DNA of 38,877 nucleotides, taken from the NCBI RefSeq assembly GCF_001194135.2, contig NC_068994.1, forward strand, positions 9,482,417-9,521,293, given 5' to 3'. The notes under the pieces are model-generated. The model was not told where the DNA came from, ran no database searches, and saw only the letters and a program-made list of their open reading frames with translations. Of this stretch, positions 1 through 12,029 are shown one piece after another; positions within the stretch are counted from its first letter, which is position 1; every line of letters begins with the position of its first letter. Source of the stretch: Octopus bimaculoides. Lineage: Eukaryota. The position numbers and the translations under genes were made by a program.

Positions 1-92
1 AAATGAAATACCAGTTGCGTACTCAGGTCGATCTAATAGACTAGCCCCCTCCCCTAAATTTTCGGGCCATGTGCCTAGAGTAGAGAATAATA
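1..92 (+). mobile_element. SINE family A, 3' fragment truncated by the window start
   Basis: ataccagttgcgtactcaggtcgatctaatagactagccccctcccctaaattttcgggccatgtgcctagagtag matches the 3' halves of the copies at 18086-18267 and 18280-18489. Confidence 0.75.
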
Positions 93-113
93 TTTTACTT
101 ACTATAAAAAGGG

Positions 114-333
114 GGCGAGCTGGCAGAATCGTTATCTCGCCGGGCGAAATGTTTATGGGTATTCCGTCTGACTTCAAATTCCGCCGAGGCCCACCTTGCC
201 TTTCATCCTTTCGGGGTCGATTAAATAAGTGCCAGTTACGTATTGGTTCCTTATTTCTTTGTCGACTTATTCCTTTGTCTGTCATTGTTTGTCCCCTCTA
301 TGTTTAGCCCCTTGTGGGCAATAAAGAATTAAA
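114..333 (+). mobile_element. tRNA-headed SINE family A, near full length, alternative 3' tail
   Basis: Head GGCGAGCTGGCAGAATCGTTA (box A-like), ttcaaattcc (box B-like), central gcctttcatcctttcggggtcgattaaataagtgccag shared with other copies in the window; tail ttgtttgtcccctctatgtttagccccttgtgggc. Confidence 0.85.
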
Positions 334-1689
334 TATTTTACGTACTGTAGAACGACAAAAATACAAAGTAGCTCTAGACGATATTTGAACTAAAAATGTT
401 CGCTGAAATAAATGTCAAGAAAAAATTACTCCGTTGCGACAACTAATCTGCCGGCTCACAGCCTATCGTGATGCTAGTCATAATATCAATAGCGAAGCGA
501 ATACAAAACAGTGCAGTAGTAATGTTTTAATAGTAACATATATATGGATGATGTAAAAAATATCATTTCAAAGATAAATCAGCCGCAGAGAAGTATAAAT
601 ATATATATATATTTAATAGAATGTTTTTATACAAATAAATAATATGTGAGCGAATGACCAGAATAAAAATACATTTTGTTGTTGCCTGAAGTAACTAATA
701 ATGATATAAAATAATGTTCACGAAACAAACTCAAATTTCTCTAATGTCGATTTATATATGTATATGTGTGTCTCCTCTGTTTATATTATTTTATTCTTTT
801 CCCCATTTTGTTTTGGTTCGTCTTTAGAATTGTGTTAATCTTTATAGAACAAAATGTCGCAAATTGATTTCATGGCAAAATAGAACTGGACACTTAAATT
901 AGTGTAGTCTTTAGAAATTTTCATCATCTTTAAGTGGGTGTCAGATAAAATCGGAATTCTAAAAAGCATGAAACTAAATACAGAAACATTTTTCTTTTAA
1001 CCTACAATAAAGAAGACAAGGCGGATAAAATAACATACAGGACATTTATAAAAAACGTTACTAGCTACAACAATGCTTCTGGATCTAAATGCTAACAGAC
1101 ACAACGGCTGACAAACTATGAACACATTTAACCTACCGTCTTAATGAAAAGAGGGTACTTTTGATCCTGCGTGCCAAGATATATTATATTGTCGAAATGA
1201 TGTGTTGCTCATAGAAGCAGTGAATTTGGTCATCTTTCTTGGTCGGTGGATGGGAGGGATGAAAAAATCACCCAGACGTGTCAGTTTGTAATTTCTCGCT
1301 CATAAAATAACGTCAATTTAACTGGTAGCTTCCCTGTGGTTTTGACACCTGGTAACATTATGAACAGGTAAAAAATACAGAATGCATTAGATTATGTTGC
1401 AGTCGATTATGATATCCTTTAGTCAGGAGCTGATTATATGTTTAAGGTTTACCACAGAAAGCCCGAGCTTGCAGAAGAGTAAGAAGAGAGTATCGTGAAA
1501 CAAGAGAACTGGCTTGGATAATTTTGATAGTAATGTCTCTTAATGTTACCGAATGTACATGGTCATGATATTAAAACAAATGACGGATTAACATTATCCT
1601 CTAAGAAGACCATAAAGAAATTTGATTTTACATAGTAAGATACTAGAGACTACCTGTTAGGGTCAACTCTTTTCTGTTTAAATCGACAC

Positions 1690-1737
<48 letters not shown>

Positions 1738-1884
1738 ATAAAAAGATAGGTATGATAGAGGAATATATTTATTTAATTCCTATGAGAGTTTCGCAGCCTT
1801 CTTCATGTATCAATGATTTCGGTGAATATCAAATTATGTCTGCATATGACCATTATAATTTTTGTTGTTGTTGTTGTTAGAAAC

Positions 1885-2075
1885 GCGTGTGCTGCCAGAA
1901 TCATTAAAACGCCGGGCAAAATGTTTGCGGCTTTTCGTCCGTCTTTTTGTTTAGGTATCGTACAGAACCGAAGTAGACTTTGCTTTCTCCCTTTCGGGGT
2001 CTATAGAAGAAGTATGATTTGACGACTGGTGTCGACTGAATCGACTAATTCCCCTTTCCCGAATATTCTGATCCT
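1885..2075 (+). mobile_element. SINE family A, degraded
   Basis: gctgccagaatcattaaaacgccgggcaaaatg ... gactttgctttctccctttcggggtctat aligns by eye to family A; follows a (GTT)n tract. Confidence 0.65.
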
Positions 2076-2801
2076 CTTCCAAAATTTGAAGCCATTATCA
2101 CTGTTGATGTTGTTATTGTTGATGTTTTTGTTGTAGCTGTTATTGTTGGTGGCAGTTGTATTGCGGTTGTAATGACGTTTGAAAAAATGCAAGATGATGT
2201 GTCACCATTAGGCGTCATCCAACATATACGTTTTCGCTCAGTCCATCAGAAATTGCATCTGATTGGCCCTCATATATCTTCTTTATGATAAAAGAAAATC
2301 ATTCAACTTAAATTGATTGGCAAAATTGGAATATTCAGTTTTTTTTTGTTAACTCAATTAGAAAACAGATTAGTATTAGAAACGATATTACCAGTTTTAT
2401 AATCGTATAAATTTTGTGTCATCTCGGGGTCTCCGAATCATTTTGTCCCGATCATTAAACATTGTAACTTTTAGCATGTCATGAAATTTAATAAATAAAA
2501 TAGATGAGAATGAAAATAGATTAGTCGTGAAAAAGGATAAAATATATAGGACGCAGTGTGGTAATAGTGATATAACCATGGACATGCTAACGAAAATGTG
2601 TTGCAGTGGATACTTCACGCACGTATATATACGCCCAAACGCGTAGGAACACATACCACACGCACAAATACAACACATGCAGGGATATATGCATATATAT
2701 ACTTACGTTGGTACATACTTACATACAGGTATACATTTATCAGAATTTAGGTGATATATACATACTTTCCTCCTCTTTCGCATACACACACACACTATAT
2801 A

Positions 2802-2840
<39 letters not shown>

Positions 2841-4828
2841 TGTGTGTGCGTGTGTATGTGTGTGGTTTTGCATTCTTCCCTCATCTTTCGCATTCTCACT
2901 ATATATATATATATATATATATATAGTTTTGCACTCTTCCCTCTGAACAGAATAGTAGAGAGGGAGGGACAAAGAGAGAGAGAGAATTTTTTCCAATATG
3001 CTTTGAAACTAGCTATCGATCTTGTGAGTTAGCGTTGGTAATAATAGGAATCCAATCATAATCCAATTAAAAGATAGGAAGTTGGACATGCATAAGTATA
3101 TCAAATATATCAACGTTAACAAGCCCTTATCTGGAGGAGAAATAACGAGGAATGAAATTATTAAGCGTCGTCTCCACTAAAATCGTTATACTATGCCGTA
3201 ACAGGACTAGCTTAATAAGACAGTGCGTGGGCTCTATAAGTCACATCCGAAACTATACTGCTGATATGCTATAATATTGTCTTCTCTTCCATGGCGAGCG
3301 ATGACCTCTGATAAGTATAATTTTCTAATTCGTAAATTATTGAAATTTTATTCTACATCCTTAACTGGGAACATAAGACGCTTACTTCTGATAAAATTTC
3401 TTAAGACAAAATATATCTGCCTTGTGCTATGCGTGATCCGCCATGATCATAATTTACGACGTCTTTATCTTAATGTAAGTTCTGTTCTAATGTCGTGTGT
3501 TACAACAGTTCTTCTGTAGTTTAGCTAAAATTGTGTTAACGGCTGATACTATTAGATGAACTGTATATCTTTTCGAGATATCAACGTATATGTCACTCTC
3601 ATTCATCTTACTAGGTGAGCCTTTTATACGTTTAAGAGAAACAACTTTATCTAAAAATAATCTTCACAACACGTTTATACTTGGGAAAATAAAGTAATCT
3701 TTATATTAATACTGCTACATTTTGCTTTTCTGTTGTTTTAATTGTTAAGAACAATAAATATTTATATACTTGTCATCTCGACTAAAGATCTAACGGGTAT
3801 ATTCAGAAATATGTTTTTGGCAACATACATACCAGGAAATATTTCTCATAAGTTTTAATCGATTCAAAATTTAAATTATGGCACGTTACCGCTAACGAAT
3901 AACAAACATCTTGAATCGAAAATCTCCTGATCTCCCAGATATAGTGACTTAATATACCAGAGAAAGTATCATTGATGGTGATGAAGTAAACTTGTAGTTG
4001 AAGGATGATCGAAATTCATGGTAAATCGGAGATTATCGAATTCATACATTTACATGTAACGTCATCTTTCAAAAAATATTTTGATTCTGATTTTATCGCA
4101 CTTCTCCGAATAATTTGCTATAGACATAAGGTGCCGGTGAATATAATTTAGGTGTTCTCACACTGTTTCAGCGCCACCAACCGAAGAGATTATAAAATTT
4201 AATATGTGCTGTTCGACCACCTCCGAAATAGCAAGCGAGAACTAATACAACTGTATATTTGGAAATGTGAACAAAAGTTTCCAATTGCCGTGATGGTGGA
4301 GCGGTGAGGAATTTTTAGATGTACAAAATTTACAGACACAACAAATGCTAGAAGACTTTATCAGCAGGAGTTGTTTTATCCAGCGTACTTAAAGTAGAAG
4401 TAGGATTAATGAGCTTGATTGAAAGAATGGAATATAAAAACAGGAAACAGACATATTTTACATTCCTGACCATAGTTAATCGATTAGAACAAATCTCGAT
4501 GAAGAGCCAGTAGTGTCTGATATGTGGCAAATTTGTCGATATTGCCAATCATCTGACGTGTGAAAGAGAGCAAAATACTAAACAAAAAAGTTTCAAACAT
4601 AGAAGCAGTTTCGCAAGGAAAATATAGTAGGACATTACAAGAAAATTACGTAACAAATAGTATAGTAAAGTCTACCATCACAGGTCAGAGGCTGTAATTG
4701 TATATGACCGCCGAAAGATTATACAGGATTTACTAGTGTATGGTGACGTGAAATAGAAATAGAAGCTGATGTTTACAGCAAGAATAGCACATCAACGCAA
4801 CTTAAAATGATAGGAAATGGAAATTTTC

Positions 4829-4830
<2 letters not shown>

Positions 4831-4905
<75 letters not shown>

Positions 4906-4927
4906 CATCATCATCATAATAATCATA
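4831..4927. repeat. (AAT)n/(CAT)n microsatellite, probably the tail of the adjacent minus-strand SINE
   Basis: Direct reading; produces the poly-N/poly-H ORF 4807-5121. Confidence 0.95.
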
Positions 4928-4930
4928 CTT

Positions 4931-5238
4931 TCTTTATTGGCCACCATGGCCGAACGCAAAACATAAAGGACGATGCACAGACGATGGACATTGGGGTTAG
5001 ATCAGCAGTTGTCTATGAATACCAATCTCCCCACTCCTACGCCACCGATGTCGTCCAAGATAAAGACATAGGATGGTACAGCTTGTCACCAGTGACCCCG
5101 CAACCTACTTTGATGGTTTAGTTAATTCGAGCAACGTGGAATAAATTATCTTGCTCAAGAACACAACCCAGAGCTCGGTTCGGGAATCGAACTCACAACC
5201 TCATGATTTCAAACCCAAAGCTCTAACCACTAAGCTAC
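4931..5238 (-). mobile_element. tRNA-derived SINE with CORE-like domain (family B)
   Basis: Minus strand box A TAGCTTAGTGG (5227-5237), box B GTTCGATTCC (5183-5192), then gtgttcttgagcaagataatttattccacgttgc (5131-5164) resembling the CORE domain; ends in (ATT)n. The 3' boundary is approximate. Confidence 0.7.
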
Positions 5239-7415
5239 TTTTAGTATATCCGAGCAATTAACGACTTTAGATGCAACTACTACATATAACTGTGTATTTT
5301 TTATATTTTTTACAGTAATAGTGATGTCCATATTCGTTCTTATTCACACAATAATAGTAGTAATATTTATGACCAACAAATATATTCAGAGAGTATGAAG
5401 TAAAGAAATAAATTACACTTTAGAACAAAAATACGTTGCATAGAAATGACAAATATGGCGTATGATGGATAAGATCAGGTGCAAGGTATATTCAGCACTA
5501 CTGTTTTCTTACTAGAAACCAAAGCGCGCCTTATTTCAACTTTAGATGAAGGCAAAAAATAAGATTATAAATTGTAAGGACGCAGAGATATATACATAAC
5601 AAAATTGGAATGAATATAGGCTTAAAAGACGATGATCACTGTATAGATTGTAATGAAGGAGAAAGTTTCAATAAAAGATAGTTAAGGGATAATTAAGAGA
5701 TAATTGAAAGATACTTAATGGGTAATTAAGGTATGTTAATGAAAGTAACTGATTGCCAGGATATCAATTTAAATGCATAGACGTAAGAATAAAATACGAG
5801 CAAGCTATAAATTGATTCAGCGTTTTAAGATTTCAAAGTTATCTAAGTAAGAAATTGCAAATGAATCAACGCTTTAGATGAAAAGTAGAAAAAATTCTTT
5901 TAGTGAAAATTAATAGTTAAAATTAGTTAAGTATAGAACAATTAATTTCTGTTATGGATTATACGAGAAAGAGGATACGTATCCCAAACATCTCTTTGAC
6001 TGTTGCAGGGAAGGATAAAAAATGTCTCAGGTTTCGTATCTTAAACTGATTAATATATTGAGTTCTACTGAAAAAAAAACAAAACATTATTTGAAGACTT
6101 ACAGAAGATTAGAGTACACCGCTTGTTAAAATGATTTAAGAAATGAGATTTGGACATATTTCTGCTTTACCAAAATATCTAAAATATCTAATGTGACAAA
6201 TTGAGAAATCATTCCAAATGAGAACTGATAACCTCTTGAAAATCTGAGATAGTATAACCCGAAAGGAATTTACAAATCGAAGCTTAATTTTTGTTTGTGG
6301 GGTGGGTGTTGTGGCTAGAAGTTTAGATTCTAGAAAAGTATTTTGAAAGTTTAAAAGAATTTGTGATTACTACAGTTAATATCAAAGTTCTACCAAAAAC
6401 AGCCATTGATATCTCCGTATCTGGTATGATAAGAGACATGTATCAATTCATATTTGATTGAATATTGTACTTTTACGAGCTAAAGGCAAGAGGGACACCA
6501 GTATTCAATCCTTGCTGTTCCAGAGGGTTCTTGATACTGTTAAGAACGCACGGCTGGATCGTCGAGGCTTACGAATGGATGGTTTCTTTAAAGAATGCAT
6601 TTATTACATAATACGAGATTGCAAATGTTTGCCGAAAGGTAAATATAAATAGGGGAGTAGATTTCAATTACAGAGATGTTTGCCAGAAGTCATATTCACC
6701 AGTTGGAATTTGATGGAGTTAGATCCAGATGGCAGTGTAATACTAAGTTAAACAGCAGTTGCGTATAGGTTGTGGTCCCTGATGATTGAGGTGTCACAGA
6801 AAACTATTATATTTAAAAACCACGTTATGCTACATGAAGCCATTATCAGTGGGTGACGGTTAATTATATTATGGCTATAGTTTCCTACTTTTGAGGCATA
6901 GTCTGTATGAAGAGGTGAAAGATGAAAGCAAAATGGTTTAAGATTCTCTGAATGATATTAATCTAATTTCATGCAGAAAATAATCAAAGCAAACGCCAGG
7001 TTGCCTGTGGATAAGTTGTGAATGTGAAAGAGTAAATAAACCGGAACTAATTTATACATAATTAACGAAATCTGTAAAATGTAATGTTAAAAAGTGCTAT
7101 CGCGAGATACATTGTTCGAAAAGTACTCTGCGCAATATATATTTTATATGTGATTCTGCAAGGCGAAATTTTAGATGGAGAAGTACTGAAGGAGTCAATA
7201 GTTTATAATGATTTATTTGGTGAAGCGTGGGTGAAAATAATTTAGATGGAAGAATGCTCGGTGAAATTATATTTGGTAGGGTCTAAAAATAAAAATATAA
7301 ATTAAGACACTGGAAATGTTTTAAGATATACAAATCAAGAAATCATGGTTGATTATAATGTAATTCATACGCGTTTTATATTAGGTATTTTTATAACACG
7401 GAGACAGAATGTATA

Positions 7416-7706
7416 CAGTAACTCCTCAATTGTTGCAGCTGTTCCGTTCCAGCCCCCGCGATAGGTGAAAATCCGCGAAGTAGAAACAGCACTTAACTGC
7501 ATATATTTTTTTAATTACTTTTATAATTTGTATATATTTATTTTATTATAAATGCAAAACAGCACAACGAAGGAATCTACGTAAGCTCAAATAATAAACC
7601 GCAGTAGGTGAACCGTGATAGGTGAACCGTGATAGGTGAACCGTGATAGGTGAACCGTGATAGGTGAACCGCGATAGGTGAACCGTGATATGGTGAGGGA
7701 TTACTG
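7416..7706. mobile_element. pogo/Tigger-type (Tc1/mariner) MITE
   Basis: Imperfect TIRs CAGTAACTCCTCA ... TGAGGGATTACTG, flanked by TA at 7414-7415 and 7707-7708; subterminal ccgcgataggtgaa motif near both ends; no ORF. Confidence 0.85.
7597..7695. repeat. Seven tandem copies of a 14-bp unit (AACCGTGATAGGTG) inside the MITE
   Basis: Units start at 7597, 7611, 7625, 7639, 7653, 7667 and 7681; four are identical and three are variant. Confidence 0.95.
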
Positions 7707-7788
7707 TATAAGAGAAATTGAGAGTGGTTGAAATATTAGATACTTGTATTTTCTAAAACACAGAATAACAGGTATTCGGAATATATCG

Positions 7789-7871
7789 GAATATTGTGCT
7801 AGGCTAGATTATATAGTAACAGGGACGAATATTGTGCTAGGCTAGATTATATAGTAACAGGGACGAATATT
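7789..7871. repeat. Perfect 38-bp tandem duplication plus a 7-bp partial third unit
   Basis: gaatattgtgctaggctagattatatagtaacagggac at 7789-7826 and 7827-7864, followed by gaatatt. Confidence 0.95.
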
Positions 7872-10800
7872 TTTAACACGTCAATATGATAATGAGAGTA
7901 AGTGTAGATTAATTCAAAGAAGACAGTTTTATTGAAAAATATCATATACACCCCCACATAAGATTAACATTGGAGAGTTATTTTATTTTTTAATCGCTTA
8001 TTAAGAAGAGAAAATGCAATACTCGTCATGATTTTTAAGAAACTGAAAGAGTGGTTGTGAGACAGATATATTTAACCGAATGTTCTGATCGCAATCAGTC
8101 ACTAGATTTGAGATCATATAAGCAGCAGGTGGACTATTTTCAACAAGTTTACGAACTAAGAAAGATCGTGAAAACCGTACCATTCACTTACATGTGAGTA
8201 TGACTAGGGATCACTTTCTATGCTTGTGTTGATATTTCCGTAATCGTAAGCAGAAAGATACGGTCTCGTTCCTCTCACCTTCACCCACGAAATATCAGGG
8301 AAGTGAAATCTCGAAAGAGATGTAATAGAATTTATATTAATTTTATCTGAGAAAGCTGTCAAACAGTGAAATAACATACATTAATCAAAGACAAAATATA
8401 TTATTTCGCTCAAAATTCAAACCCACAAACTTATGCTCATATATAGTAGTCAAAGAGGCCTAACAATTAAATTACGAGTTTCTGTCTTCGTTTTATGCTT
8501 TTAGACTTCGTACAAGAAATAGGATCATGCCTGTAACAGTCCTGATAAACATACTTACTTAATATTACATAAATGCTTATGTATCTTTAGTTTTAGTATG
8601 ATGATCTCCTTATTCTCTATAAGCCAGAAGTGCAAATGTTGTGCAAGCAAGAATCAGTTCTTGAATGGGAAATAAGTTGGAAAGCTTTCAATATATTTGA
8701 TTATTCTTTGTTTATCTGGTCATAAGATTCACAATTAAATCTACTCCACACGCACATTGTGGCATGATTGCTCGGTAGCGTACATAATTCCGCATGTGCT
8801 CCTTGACGATGTTAGGCTATAATTTAAGTATTTCGCTTTAGACAGCTTGCTTCCTAACGAGTACAGCTTTTATAATTTATGTCCTTTAATATCGCTAAAT
8901 AAGCGACTATAAGCCTTATCATTTGAAATATACACGGACATTTTAAAGATATTTGCATTATCATTGATACGTCTATTTTCTTTGTTATTTTTATGCTAAA
9001 TCATATTCACATTAAAACCGATACTGACGTTTAGAGAAGAAGCATTAATAAACTCATTTGCATGATAATTTATTGGAATAAGTCAATGTCATTCTTTATA
9101 AGTACATACAATAAGACTTATCTGCAAGGTGTATGATAAAAATTGGAAGGCAATTATATAACCTTATTCATTTAAAATTAGATATGTCTATTAGAAGTTC
9201 GAAAAGTTTCCATGAATAAGAAACCATTGCTTTGTAATGAAATTCACTTAAGTACTTAATTAAAAATATTTTACCCTATTTAAAACGGATCTTTGTTCTC
9301 GTAAATCACCTTCGTATAACCAGATGGAATTTATTGGTCGCGAAGGATTTAATTGTCTCTAGCAGACTTAAAAACGACAAAAGTTGTCCTTAGGCAGGTA
9401 CGGGGAAGGGAAATGGCGTATCATTGTAATGGAATTTCTAAAACTTAAATAATCGCTTTAAACATTCGCGTCACGATTCTTTTAAACTGGCTATAACAAG
9501 GAGGCTAAAGAACCGGGTCATATGTATCCATTATATTATTAGCTTTATTGGTCTTTCGAATTGAAGGGCGCCATTGTTATACTGGAATCTTCTATAGAAT
9601 TGCAAAGAGTTGCGTTTTTATGCATTTGCTCTTTTTTAGTGTATAATAAAAGTCATTTGTTACTGTTGATGTATTCTAGGGTGACGGTGTGAATGCATGA
9701 ATTATCAAATAAGAATTTAGAATAAAGTTAAATTATCATATAGCTGTCTACAACAGCACGAATATAATGTTTCGGGTTTTGAATATTGAGGAAAAGATTA
9801 GATAGAAAAAGAGAACTATGATCTTAAAGCTGAACTAGAATCTGCATAAAACGAAGAGAAACTACAATAAAACCAATGAAGCCAATACGTTTTTAATGAA
9901 GCATCATTTGAAAAAGAAAAGCGTGAATACCAATTCCATTAACGAATATAAACGCACTAAAATCATAACTATGGTTAAAGTTATACCAACTGTTCAAAAA
10001 TCCATAGATCAACGAAAATTGATGGGACAATGTACAAATATTGTTAATATAAGAACACGAACAATAGTTGTAGAACCAGTAAAAATGTTTATGTCACCAG
10101 AAATTATCTCTGAAACATAGTAAGTAACGCGAAAATGTCACCCGACTTCATAAAAACATAATCCAAGTTTTCAAGCTGCGCATAATTAACTGAATATCAG
10201 GAAAAACATGTCTGCTAGTGTAGGCCGAAACTATCAAGATTGGATTCTGGGCTATCATAGGTATTCTCATTAGGTGTCTGAGCAGCTGAACATTATGAGC
10301 AACTAAAACAATCTCCATAACGTACCGTTGAGTATATGTCTACGGGAGCCCAATAGTGGTCAAAATCGTCATAAAACTTTACAATGGTGTACTTAAAAAA
10401 TAAAACGAATGAGACAAGGGATAATAATATACAAGGGACAATCTACTCTTAGATTCCAACTACTAAAGTGGGATTACTGGTCCAAAAATTGCTGAGGATT
10501 GTGGGTATGATTACTGGGGAAAGGACACGCAGGGATGTTATAGAGGATGGCTGACGAAAGTTTGTTATGGAGTATCTAAGTTTCGTAAAACGCAAACTCC
10601 TCTGATATCCACATCATCAGTAATTAAAATTATAAGTATGTGTAGCAGAAAGTTTGTAATTATAGCATTGTGGCAACATTCATTATCGTAACGATTACGG
10701 TTTTTTTCAGAAAATATAGGGTAAATAACTCAGATATTTATGGTTAAATCAAATATGGAGGGTAGGTATGCTACGCACGAATGGAAGAACAAAATGAGGC

Positions 10801-11216
10801 ACGTTTCAGTTGTATCAGACATCATCATGAAAGAATAATCTAAAGCTTTATGTTTTCTTTAGGTAAAAATTGACGCATATGCATTTTGAAGAATAAACTT
10901 ATAGTGTTATGACAGCTTAAATATTGGCCGGGTGTACAGATTGTGACCATTACATACCATCGCTTTGCAAAATGAACATTTGACTATAGTGTGACTACTA
11001 ATATTCCTGATCTAGTATGGCATGAATGTGCATTAATTAAAATGAGTGCCTTAATGGTACAATATTTAATGGATTTTGAATAATTAAATTATCCGTGTTA
11101 TGCCTGCAGATTACTTTTGGCAAGAATAAGTTAATAAGTTAATAAATATTCTGATCACTAATGCTGTCAGTTTAATTAATTGAAATTTCTTTGCCTGATA
11201 TAATAACTAAAGGTAA

Positions 11217-11440
11217 GGCGATGAGCGGACACGATCGTTTGCACGTCAGGTAAAATGCTTAGCGGCATTTCGTCCGTTCTTACGTTCTGAGCTCAAGGCT
11301 GGCTTTAACTTTCGTCCTACTGTGGTCTATAAAATAAGTATCATTTGAGCACTGGGACGATTTAATTGACTTACAGCCTCCCCCGAAGTTGCTGACCTTA
11401 TGTCAAGATTTGAAACCAGATTTGAAACCAGAATAATAAT
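11217..11440 (+). mobile_element. SINE family A, degraded, with a 12-bp tandem duplication in the tail
   Basis: aaatgcttagcggcatttcgtccgttcttacgttctgagctcaa and ataaaataagtatca match family A; agatttgaaacc occurs twice at 11406-11429. Confidence 0.75.
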
Positions 11441-11450
11441 TAGACGTAAA

Positions 11451-11588
11451 GCAGCGAGGTGGCACAATGGTTAACACGTCGGGTAAAATACTTAGCGGCA
11501 TTTCGTTCATATTTATGTTTTGAGCTCAAACTCCGCCAATGTAGATATTATATTTCATTCTTTTGTGGTCAATAATATATAAACCTGA
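11451..11588 (+). mobile_element. SINE family A, 5' and central part, directly downstream of the previous copy
   Basis: gcgaggtggcacaatggttaacacgtcgggtaaaatacttagcggcatttcg ... tgagctcaaactccgcc. Confidence 0.7.
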
Positions 11589-12029
11589 AAAGTACAGCTA
11601 CGAATAATTATACTCGTATAAATAGATATTTTACATTATAATTTCATAAGGTATCCGTATGCTCTAGTTTTTATCATTTTATTTAAAAGTTGGAGCAAGT
11701 GTTAAGGTAAGCTATGCTGATGAAAGTAAACATGATTGGTAAATAACTAGAGACGTCAATATTTTGCTTGAAATCAGGATCACTTTAAAAGCATGAAATA
11801 TTTGATTAAATAAATGCTTAAAACTTTGTCTCTCTTCCTCTAGCTACTCTGCTATTTGCCATTTTATGTTTACTAAGATAAAGAAAAAAGGGTTCAATTT
11901 ATACGTACTGCCGCTGCTCCCTCAAAATCCAGAACGCCACTTATATAGTAATAATGTGAAGAAGTAGTAAACACAGAAGAAAATTGTGAAACAGGCAAAT
12001 ATTCGTCTGTGATTTTGTGTGTGTCTGTG

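Noticed and set aside
71-307. ORFs 71-307, 18273-18524, 12034-12249, 29025-29280 and 36836-37159
   Set aside because: Each lies within a SINE copy and shows no protein motif.
4807-5121. 104-aa poly-Asn/His ORF, and similar poly-L, poly-Y, poly-I, HT, YI and VC ORFs (for example 19524-19880, 24724-25015, 2606-3032, 38493-38841)
   Set aside because: These are translations of microsatellites that lack stop codons, fused to SINE or flanking sequence.
6770-6815. CTGATGA...GAAA as a hammerhead
   Set aside because: Stem II does not abut GAAA, and stem I has no complement.
7597-7695. 14-bp array as a CRISPR-like locus
   Set aside because: The units are contiguous with no unique spacers, the context is eukaryotic, and the array lies inside a TIR element.
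9896-10120. 74-aa ORF MKHHLKKKSV...
   Set aside because: No recognisable domain or splice context; its length is within chance expectation for A-rich DNA.
10570-10625. Minus-strand CTGATGA...GAAAC as a hammerhead
   Set aside because: A wobble-rich stem II is possible, but there is no NUH triplet or stem I partner.
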